Source: an uncultured Wolbachia sp. (GTDB lineage: Bacteria > Pseudomonadota > Alphaproteobacteria > Rickettsiales > Anaplasmataceae). Taken from it: a DNA stretch of 64,000 nucleotides. Positions 1 through 7,856 of the stretch are shown here, one piece after another. Numbering within the stretch: position 1 is the first letter of the stretch; every line of letters starts with the position of its first letter. A program made the position numbers and the translations under genes. Where the stretch lies: NCBI GenBank assembly GCA_902636535.1, contig CACPSE010000001.1:2375-66374 (forward strand), written 5' to 3'. Below the pieces are notes generated by a model. That model saw nothing but the letters and a program-made list of their open reading frames with translations, was not told the DNA's origin and did no database searches.

Positions 1-448
1 CTATATTCACGCATGGTAGTTGGTTGGTCAATGAGTCATACAATGGCTAAACAACTAGTTGTAGATGCTTTGTTGATGGCTGTTAATAAGCGCAAACCCG
101 CCAAAGATCTACTATTACATAGCGATCAAGGGGCACAATATACTTCAAAAAATTATCAATATCTACTGGATACAAAAATGTCATATCTAGCATGAGTCAT
201 AAAGGTTGCTGTTATGATAATTCCCCTTCAGAAAGCTTCTTTAGTTCATTGAAAAGGGAGTTACTTATTGATACCTCTAAACACTCTGCTCAACAAACTA
301 AAACTGCCATATTTGAATATATAGAAATTTTTTATAATAAACAACGACGTCATTCTACTATTAACTATTGCATTCCTGAACTTTTTGATTCATCATTTTC
401 ATGATAAAAACGTCTTAACTACCTGTCTACTTTTTCTGGGTAAGGTCA
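1..448 (+). mobile_element. IS3-family insertion sequence, right-hand portion (left part is off-window); terminus ...GGGTAAGGTCA at 448
   Basis: Integrase-core transposase frames lie at 13-404. The last 22 nt (427-448, ctactttttctgggtaaggtca) are the exact reverse complement of a TG-initiated end found again at 23793-23814. This is the TG...CA terminal inverted-repeat pattern typical of IS3 elements. Confidence 0.7.
13..404 (+). pseudogene. IS3-family transposase OrfB (rve/DDE integrase core), split by a frameshift near 185-195
   Basis: The two adjacent frames read ...LLLHSDQGAQYTS...MSYLA* and MSHKGCCYDNSPSESFFSSLKRE...YNKQRRHSTINY. Together they match the HSDxGxQYTS / CYDNA-ESFF-SLK-E / YN-RPH pattern of the integrase core. 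The break lies inside the catalytic core, not at an OrfA/OrfB slippery site. Confidence 0.75.
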
Positions 449-3400
449 CTATATATAATGGTAAAGAAAAAACAGTAAAAAAAGAGGGAGGAAAACTGAT
501 TAGTGCATTTAGAAAAATTATAACAGAGTTTGAAAGTAATGAAAAGTATCCATTAAGGGAATTACGAAAAATTTGTGAAGAGTTATCTGTCTACGAGGCT
601 AATGGCAAAGATAAACGCATTGGTGATAAGTTATCAAAGGTAGGCCTTGTTGGGTATTATTTCAATTGGGAAAGGAGATCAGGTTATAATAACCAAGTAC
701 TGCATAACGTTCTTATGAGAGAGACGATGGAAGATAATGCAGAAAATAAGAAGCAGTGCGTGGGTAGGGGAGGTAGGAAGAAAGGTCCTATTATATCATT
801 ATCTTATGTTGATTCTGCAAAGGTCAATAGCCCTGGTACAGTAAAGGATCAGTTAACAAAGGGTGATCCTTTTGACTCTCTGAAGGAAGTAAAGCATAAA
901 ATTGATACGAAGAAGTATGCTGAAAGGATGGTTAAAGGGATTGAGGGACTTGTTAACTCTAAATATGAAAAGAATAAACAAGAAACTAAGTTTATTAATG
1001 AGGAGGTATACAATGGGCTGATTGGAGAGACTTTCCAGCACATTTTGAATGTGCGTAAGGAAATTTATGACCGCAGTGGGTACACCAACGGGCGCGATGA
1101 AGCAAATAAATGCTTTTATCAGGTTTTAAAGTCTGCAACTTCTACTTTGAAAAAACAACTTGATCAAAAAGGAATAGTAGTAGGAGATTGTGAAATTGAG
1201 CTTGGAATTAAAATTCTTGAAAACAAAATAGGTGATCTGTTGGAAAAACATGAGGATTCTTCACGTGACATTAAAGGTAAACAAGAAGAAAAAGATAAGG
1301 TTAGTAACAAACTGAAGATAGAAGGTAATTTTTTAAAAGTTATTATCATCAAATTTTGTACTTTGGTGCTACGTTTGTGGTATTGGAGATTTACTCTTAA
1401 CCAGTTACAAGTAGAAGAAGTTTTAAAGAAAGAAGATAAGCTTACTTTCAAAGAAAGAGTTGGCCTTGTCAGGAAAGAAAAGGAGATTAAACAAGAAGAG
1501 TCAGCTTTGCAGAAGATACAGGATAGACAGAAGAGCGAAATGAAAGATTTTAAGAAAGAAAAGATAAATCTTCAAGAGAAGTATAATAAAATGCATCAAT
1601 TTATAGGGATAAAGGAAATCAAAGGTAATGTGGAACATAAGGAAATAACAGAAGGATACAAAGAGAGCACAAAAATAAAACAACTTCAATACATTGAATC
1701 AGAGTTAAAAGAAGTGCAAAGTCGTTTGCGTAAAAATGAGAATGATGTGGCTGTGTTTAATGAGCTCAATAGTGGTACAATCGGCATAATAGAATTAGAA
1801 GATAATATGAATTCTCTAAGAAAGGAATTAGAAGAAATTGTTCATAAACACCAACAATTAGCTGAAATTAAAAAGACCTTAGTAGATCTGAGAAAGAGAA
1901 TTATAGGAAAATTTTCAGAAGATGATCAGAATTTACTGAAAGACAGAATGAAGCAGATAACAGAAAGTTTGCACAGCGGTAAGTTAATGAATAGTACTGA
2001 TAAAGATAAGATAAAAAGTCAAATTAATGATCTGTACGCTGCAGGTAAAAGTGAAGAGCAAAATAATAAATTAGCTCAAGACATATTTGAACAGCTATTA
2101 AATTATATGGAGAAGGCCAGTAAGACTTCAGTGTGCCCGAAAGATACAAAAGGAGGTAGAACTAAATTTGAGAAGTTGTATAATACAATAAATCATAAAA
2201 TTGATGGTCTCAAAGATACAGATCTTGCCGATAAAGGGCTGCAGTGCAAACTTGGTGATGCTCAAAGTTTGCTCACGTATTTTGATGCATTTGCAGATGA
2301 GAAGGAAAAGATAGGAGAATGGCAGAAGAAAAAAAGTCAATTAGAAGGTGAAAAATCCGAGTTATCCGATGATGCAACACTAACTGATATTTGCAGAAGA
2401 TTAAAAGTATCTGAGAGTATCAATAAGAATTACGATGTAAGAAGGGTTGTGTGGCTGGGTGCAGTACTTACTGAATTCTTGCCAAAGCTTCAAGGTGAAG
2501 ACGATCTTGATCTCAAGGTGAAGTATCTCAGCTCCCCTATTTTCTTAGAGCTCTTTACTAATATCGTGGCACCACTTGCTAATGAAGGAAATCTCAAAAT
2601 AGCACTCGATATATTTGACAAAAGTGGCAATAGTTCAAAAGATGGTGCAGAAAAAATCTGTGAATTTTATCAAAGTTTGTTAAGTAAGGATTCTGATAAT
2701 ATAAAAAAGAAAATTAATGAGGATTTTGATAATGTGTTAAAAAATACAGCACAATTGTGTGTGTTAATTGCACTTACAAAGTTCAATCATCACGCTAATG
2801 CTTTGAGCAAGGATCTTGATCTTATAAAAGATTTAACGCTTGGTTCTCTTGATCCGATGGGTCTTCTGAAGGAGAATTTCGCTAACAATAACACTGATAA
2901 TGAGGAAAAAAATATATTACAAGATATTGCGGAAAAATTCTTCTCAAGTAACCAAACTACAAGAAAGGCATTTGACCATCTAAAGAATCATAATCCTATG
3001 AGCAAAGGAATTCGTGGTAAGCACTTCAACACTGGAACAACTTTATTTACAACGCTTAATGTAATAATGAGAGGGTTAGCTGTTGCAGCAGATTACAAAG
3101 CTCATGATGGAAATGATCAAAATAGTACGTTAAACAAAGCACTTGGGTTTCTTGGCGATAGTAGTATTAGAAGAGCGAAAGAAGAAATTGCAAGATTAGG
3201 TAAAGATGTACATAAAGAGGTTGCAGAAAAATGTATTTATGAATATTTAGAGATGTTAAGAGCAGGATTAAATGGTCGTAATTACTCTCCACCTCAGGAG
3301 CCTGGTGATTTGCCGGAAACTTCGCTTAATACTTGCCATGTTCAAAAGTTATCGGAAGATTATAAGAAAGCACCACGAGGTTCACTCCCTGCAAGCTTAA

Positions 3401-3471
3401 TAGCTTCTCCAGATGCTGAAAAGTTGGATAGAGTTCAGGAAAAAGTTAAATTGGGTGGAATTGGCAAATAG
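385..3471 (+). CDS. Large Lys/Glu-rich coiled-coil hypothetical protein (start uncertain; the 5' end is overlapped by the IS3 terminus)
   Basis: Uninterrupted 1028-codon frame in an AT-rich genome. It has long heptad-like K/E stretches and no catalytic motif I recognise. The first in-frame ATG after the IS end is at about nt 715. Confidence 0.6.
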   Translation: MIHHFHDKNVLTTCLLFLGKVTIYNGKEKTVKKEGGKLISAFRKIITEFESNEKYPLRELRKICEELSVYEANGKDKRIGDKLSKVGLVGYYFNWERRSGYNNQVLHNVLMRETMEDNAENKKQCVGRGGRKKGPIISLSYVDSAKVNSPGTVKDQLTKGDPFDSLKEVKHKIDTKKYAERMVKGIEGLVNSKYEKNKQETKFINEEVYNGLIGETFQHILNVRKEIYDRSGYTNGRDEANKCFYQVLKSATSTLKKQLDQKGIVVGDCEIELGIKILENKIGDLLEKHEDSSRDIKGKQEEKDKVSNKLKIEGNFLKVIIIKFCTLVLRLWYWRFTLNQLQVEEVLKKEDKLTFKERVGLVRKEKEIKQEESALQKIQDRQKSEMKDFKKEKINLQEKYNKMHQFIGIKEIKGNVEHKEITEGYKESTKIKQLQYIESELKEVQSRLRKNENDVAVFNELNSGTIGIIELEDNMNSLRKELEEIVHKHQQLAEIKKTLVDLRKRIIGKFSEDDQNLLKDRMKQITESLHSGKLMNSTDKDKIKSQINDLYAAGKSEEQNNKLAQDIFEQLLNYMEKASKTSVCPKDTKGGRTKFEKLYNTINHKIDGLKDTDLADKGLQCKLGDAQSLLTYFDAFADEKEKIGEWQKKKSQLEGEKSELSDDATLTDICRRLKVSESINKNYDVRRVVWLGAVLTEFLPKLQGEDDLDLKVKYLSSPIFLELFTNIVAPLANEGNLKIALDIFDKSGNSSKDGAEKICEFYQSLLSKDSDNIKKKINEDFDNVLKNTAQLCVLIALTKFNHHANALSKDLDLIKDLTLGSLDPMGLLKENFANNNTDNEEKNILQDIAEKFFSSNQTTRKAFDHLKNHNPMSKGIRGKHFNTGTTLFTTLNVIMRGLAVAADYKAHDGNDQNSTLNKALGFLGDSSIRRAKEEIARLGKDVHKEVAEKCIYEYLEMLRAGLNGRNYSPPQEPGDLPETSLNTCHVQKLSEDYKKAPRGSLPASLIASPDAEKLDRVQEKVKLGGIGK

Positions 3472-3492
3472 TTGGATTGATGAACTGGCCTT

Positions 3493-5052
3493 CTAAAGTA
3501 TGCGCTTAGTAGCGCTTTCTATGAGAAAAATCGTATTATCTATTCCATAAAGCTTTATGAAAGATCCCATTCTTGGACCGGTTTTTTGGCCAAGTAACGT
3601 TTTATATAATAGCTGAAACCAGTCACGTAAGTTGGTATAATCATATTTTTTTCCAATAGAAAATACCTGAGATTGAATTTCTTCAGCAGTAACAGTTGTA
3701 GATAGAGAATGTAAAGTGTCCTTCAAATCTAGTAACGCTTCTTTCTCTTTTGCATTTGGAGCTTTATATGATTTTGTTGGTTTGATAAAATCGTGGTAAT
3801 ACTTTACTGCAAAGTCTGAAAGTCTATCAAGCATTTTATTATTTTCTGGTGTGACGTTCGGTGCATAAGAGGATATAAAACCCCATAGGATCTCTTTGTT
3901 TTCGGCGTTACAAGCTGCTGCTAGGTTTAAAAGTAGTGAGAAATTTATGCCTGAAGTTTCTATACTGGGAACATTGCCCTGGGGAATGTGCCAAGCAGGA
4001 TTATTTATATCCTTTTCTTTGTTCTCATGATAACGCTTAACAAACTCTAGATACTCATCAGTTGATTTTGGTATCACATCAAAATATAAACGTTTAGCTT
4101 TTTTAGGACTCTGAAAAATGTACAATGCTAAGCTCTCTGTTGGTGCGTAAGTTAACCACTCTTCAATTGAAATGCCATTTCCTTTTGATTTTGATATTTT
4201 CTTTCCTTCTTTATCAAGGAAAAGCTCGTAGCAAAACAGAAGTGGTGGCTTTTCTCCAAGTATTTCACATATTTGACTTGAAAGCACAGCAGATGGAGTT
4301 AAATCTTTTCCATGAGCTTCGTAATTTACTCCAAATGCGGACCACCTCATTCCCCAATCAGGTTTCCATTGCAGTTTACATTTTCCTTTTGTTACCGGAA
4401 CTTCTATTTTTTCCCCGTTTGGATCTTCATACGTGATTGTTCCTTTATCTGTATTTGTTTCAATTACTGGAACTTGTAAAACTTGAGAAGTTTTTGGGCA
4501 TATTGGCAAGAACGGACTATAAGTATGCTGCCTTTCTTCCCGAAATGATGGAAGCATTACGTCCATTACTTTATCATAGTTTTTCAGCAAGAGTAAAAGT
4601 TTTTCATCGTAAATACCAGATTTATAACACTCTGTTGCACTCCTAAATTCGTATTCAAATTCAAACAAATCAAGAAATTTACATAGTAACGCATTCATGT
4701 GATGGCCATAACTTTCATGAGTCCCAAATGGATCTGGAATTATAGTGAGTGGTTTATTTAAGTGCTCTCTTAGCATCTCTTGATTTGGCACATTATCTGG
4801 TATTTTTCGCAAACCATCCATATCATCTGAAACTGCAGTGATTTTGGTTTTTATACCAGGAGCTATTTTTTTTAATGCATTTACAACAACTGTAGTGCGG
4901 AAAACCTCTCCAAAGGTTCCTATGTGGGGTAAACCAGAGGGTCCATAACCAGTTTCAAATATTATTTCTTTTTTATTAGGAAACTCTTGCAATATTTTTT
5001 CTGCTTCTTGAAATGGCCAACTTGTCATTATCTGGGTTAAATTATTAATCAA
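3493..5052 (-). CDS. lysK: Lysyl-tRNA synthetase, class I
   Basis: N-terminal GYGPSGLPHIGTFGE (HIGH-type motif) and KISKSKGNG (KMSKS-type). The length and layout are typical of the class I LysRS found in alphaproteobacteria. Confidence 0.9.
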   Translation of the reverse strand: MINNLTQIMTSWPFQEAEKILQEFPNKKEIIFETGYGPSGLPHIGTFGEVFRTTVVVNALKKIAPGIKTKITAVSDDMDGLRKIPDNVPNQEMLREHLNKPLTIIPDPFGTHESYGHHMNALLCKFLDLFEFEYEFRSATECYKSGIYDEKLLLLLKNYDKVMDVMLPSFREERQHTYSPFLPICPKTSQVLQVPVIETNTDKGTITYEDPNGEKIEVPVTKGKCKLQWKPDWGMRWSAFGVNYEAHGKDLTPSAVLSSQICEILGEKPPLLFCYELFLDKEGKKISKSKGNGISIEEWLTYAPTESLALYIFQSPKKAKRLYFDVIPKSTDEYLEFVKRYHENKEKDINNPAWHIPQGNVPSIETSGINFSLLLNLAAACNAENKEILWGFISSYAPNVTPENNKMLDRLSDFAVKYYHDFIKPTKSYKAPNAKEKEALLDLKDTLHSLSTTVTAEEIQSQVFSIGKKYDYTNLRDWFQLLYKTLLGQKTGPRMGSFIKLYGIDNTIFLIESATKRIL

Positions 5053-5144
5053 TGTATCTTAACTTAAAGTGCTACTAGTTTCAATGGATTTTTAATATAA
5101 TGATATAGTATTAGTGTTAGAGCTATTATTAGAAGGTTAAAGAT

Positions 5145-5441
5145 ATGTCCACAGGTAGTATACAAACAGATCAATTATTCAAAGGTCTTACAAGACCTGC
5201 AATGCTTTTTGGTGTGAGTTATATGTTTGCAATATTAAACGTCCTGATTTGCATGCTAATTTTCATTAATTCAAATGATTTGAGAGTGATTCTCTTAATG
5301 TTACCAGGTATACATGGACTTGGTTATATAGCTTCTGCAAAAGAACCATTGTTTATTGAATTATTTATGGTAAAATTAGGAAAGTGCTCGAAATGTTTAA
5401 ATCGTTTTTATCATGGAGCCAATTCTTATGATATTGCTTAA
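5145..5441 (+). CDS. virB3: Type IV secretion system protein VirB3
   Basis: 98-aa two-TM protein (LFKGLTRPAMLFGVSYMFAILN...) located directly upstream of virB4. Confidence 0.85.
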   Translation: MSTGSIQTDQLFKGLTRPAMLFGVSYMFAILNVLICMLIFINSNDLRVILLMLPGIHGLGYIASAKEPLFIELFMVKLGKCSKCLNRFYHGANSYDIA

Positions 5442-5447
5442 CGTTGT

Positions 5448-7856
5448 GTGATGCTGAGGTTTGGGGCTGTTCAATCAAAGAATAAATCTACTCTGAGCAG
5501 GGAAGTTCACGCTGCTGAATTTATTCCTTATTCTTGCTATTGGAATAGCACAACCTTGATGACAAAAGAAAATTGGTTGGTTAAGGTTATAAAATTAAGT
5601 GGCTTTGCATTTGAACCCGCCGATGACGAGGATTTAGTAATACAAAATAATATCAGGAACCAGATGCTAAGAAGCATTTCATCTCCGGCATTTAGTTTGT
5701 ATTTTCATACTATCAGACGTAAGAAAAATATTTTTTCTGATGAATTTGCAAGTCAAGGTTTGCCGATTTTTTTCGCTAATCACGTAAATCTAAAATGGAG
5801 AGAAAAACACGCAGCAAGGCAATCATTTATTAATGACCTATACATTACGATTATCCGTAGAGCGGACACAAAAGGAGTAGAATTTTTATCACATCTACTA
5901 AAAAAATTCGGACATGTAACTTCAAAACATGCTTGGGAAAGTGATATGCGTGCTACGTATGAAGATTTAGAGGAAACGACAAATCGTGTAGTGACAAGCC
6001 TTAGAAATTATTCGCCTAAAATTCTTGGAGTAAAAGAAACTCCCAATGGCCTATTTTGTGAAATAATGGAATTTTTATCCAGAATTGTAAATTGTGGCTT
6101 CGTTACAAATACACTTTTTCCGCTAAGAACTGAAATATCAAGGTACTTACCAGTACATAGGTTATTCTTTGGCCGTAAGATGATACAGGTTGTGACTCAT
6201 AATGAGAGTAAATATGCTGGAATAATTAGTATCAAAGAATATGGAAATCATACTTCTGCAGGAATGCTTGATTCGTTTTTACAACTTCCTTACGAGTTTA
6301 TAATTACGCAATCTTTTCAATTTATAAACAGGCAAATGGCGATTGGAAAAATGCAGATACAGCAAAATCGAATGATACAGTCTGCAGATAAAGCTATTTC
6401 TCAAATAGCAGAAATTTCTCAAGCGCTTGATGACGCAATGAGTGGTAAGATTGCGTTTGGTCAACATCACCTGACTATTTTATGTATAGAAAAAAGTCCT
6501 AAATCATTGGATAACGCTCTGTCGTTGGTAGAATCAGAGCTTTCTAATTGCGGTGTTTACCCTGTCCGTGAGAGAGTTAACCTTGAACCAGCATTTTGGG
6601 CGCAAATTCCTGGTAATTTCGATTATATAGTGAGAAAAGCTACAATAAGTAGTCTTAATTTGGCTGGATTTGCATCTCAACATAATTATCCTACTGGTAA
6701 TAAATTCAATAACCACTGGGGAGATGCCGTTACAGTTTTTGACACGACATCTGGTACTCCATTTTTTTTCAACTTTCATATAAGGGATGTTGGACACACT
6801 ATGATAATTGGCCCAACTGGTGCTGGTAAAACTGTTTTAATGAATTTCTTATGTGCTCAAGCGATAAAATTTTCTCCAAGGATATTCTTTTTTGACAAAG
6901 ATCGCGGTGCAGAGATTTTCTTAAGAGCACTTGGTGGTATCTATACTGTAATAGAACCAAGAACTAAAACAAATTTTAATCCTTTGCAACTTGATGACAC
7001 CTCTGATAATAGAACATTTTTAATGGAGTGGGTAAAGTCTTTAATTTCGGTATATAATGATAAATTTACTTCAGAAGATATTGCACGAATTAATGATGCA
7101 ATTGAAGGAAATTTTAAATTAAGAAAAGAAGACAGGTTCTTGAGAAACCTTGTACCGTTTTTAGGGCTTGCAGGTCCTGATACTCTAGCTGGAGCAATAT
7201 CTATGTGGCATGATAATGGTTCTCATGCTGCAATATTTGACAATAAAGAAGATTTGCTAGATTTTTCACGAGCAAGAGTATTTGGTTTTGAGATGGCTAG
7301 CTTGCTCAAAGATCCTGTTGCCCTTGGACCAGTATTGATTTATTTATTTCATAGGATTAGTATATCTCTTGATGGCACTCCATCTATTATCGTTCTTGAT
7401 GAGGCATGGGCATTAATAGATAATCCAGTTTTTGCACCCAAGATAAAAGACTGGTTGAAGGCACTGAGAAAACTAAATGCTTTTGTGATTTTTGCTACTC
7501 AGAGTGTTGAGGATGCAAGTAAAAGTGCTATTAGCGATACGCTTGTACAACAAACAGCGACACAGATTTTTTTACCAAATCTGAAAGCTACTAGTGTCTA
7601 TCGGGATGTTTTTATGTTAACTGAACGTGAATATATATTAATTAAGCACACAGATCCGAGTACTAGATTCTTTTTGGTGAAACAAGGAGTCAATGCTGTA
7701 GTAGCTAGAATAGACTTAAAAGATCTGGATGATATAATCAATGTATTATCCGGACGTGCAGAAAGTGTCATACTGTTACATGATATATTAAAAGAAGTTG
7801 GGGATAACCCAAAAGTATGGTTGCCTATATTTTATCAGAAGGTAAAAAATGTTTAA
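5448..7856 (+). CDS. virB4: Type IV secretion system ATPase VirB4
   Basis: 802 aa with Walker A GPTGAGKT and Walker B IIVLDEAW, plus FATQS and typical CagE/TrbE/VirB4 layout. Confidence 0.95.
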   Translation: MMLRFGAVQSKNKSTLSREVHAAEFIPYSCYWNSTTLMTKENWLVKVIKLSGFAFEPADDEDLVIQNNIRNQMLRSISSPAFSLYFHTIRRKKNIFSDEFASQGLPIFFANHVNLKWREKHAARQSFINDLYITIIRRADTKGVEFLSHLLKKFGHVTSKHAWESDMRATYEDLEETTNRVVTSLRNYSPKILGVKETPNGLFCEIMEFLSRIVNCGFVTNTLFPLRTEISRYLPVHRLFFGRKMIQVVTHNESKYAGIISIKEYGNHTSAGMLDSFLQLPYEFIITQSFQFINRQMAIGKMQIQQNRMIQSADKAISQIAEISQALDDAMSGKIAFGQHHLTILCIEKSPKSLDNALSLVESELSNCGVYPVRERVNLEPAFWAQIPGNFDYIVRKATISSLNLAGFASQHNYPTGNKFNNHWGDAVTVFDTTSGTPFFFNFHIRDVGHTMIIGPTGAGKTVLMNFLCAQAIKFSPRIFFFDKDRGAEIFLRALGGIYTVIEPRTKTNFNPLQLDDTSDNRTFLMEWVKSLISVYNDKFTSEDIARINDAIEGNFKLRKEDRFLRNLVPFLGLAGPDTLAGAISMWHDNGSHAAIFDNKEDLLDFSRARVFGFEMASLLKDPVALGPVLIYLFHRISISLDGTPSIIVLDEAWALIDNPVFAPKIKDWLKALRKLNAFVIFATQSVEDASKSAISDTLVQQTATQIFLPNLKATSVYRDVFMLTEREYILIKHTDPSTRFFLVKQGVNAVVARIDLKDLDDIINVLSGRAESVILLHDILKEVGDNPKVWLPIFYQKVKNV

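Noticed and set aside
185-200. Frame change between the two IS3 transposase ORFs, considered as programmed -1 frameshifting
   Set aside because: Programmed frameshifting in IS3 elements joins OrfA to OrfB at an A-rich slippery site upstream of the integrase core. This break falls inside the core, between the HSDxGxQYTS and CYDN blocks, so it is a disabling mutation.
5053-5144. TATAAT at 5096-5101 in the lysK/virB3 divergent intergenic region, considered as the virB operon promoter
   Set aside because: There is no acceptable -35 element at 16-18 nt spacing. In DNA this AT-rich a lone TATAAT is expected by chance, so I did not annotate it.
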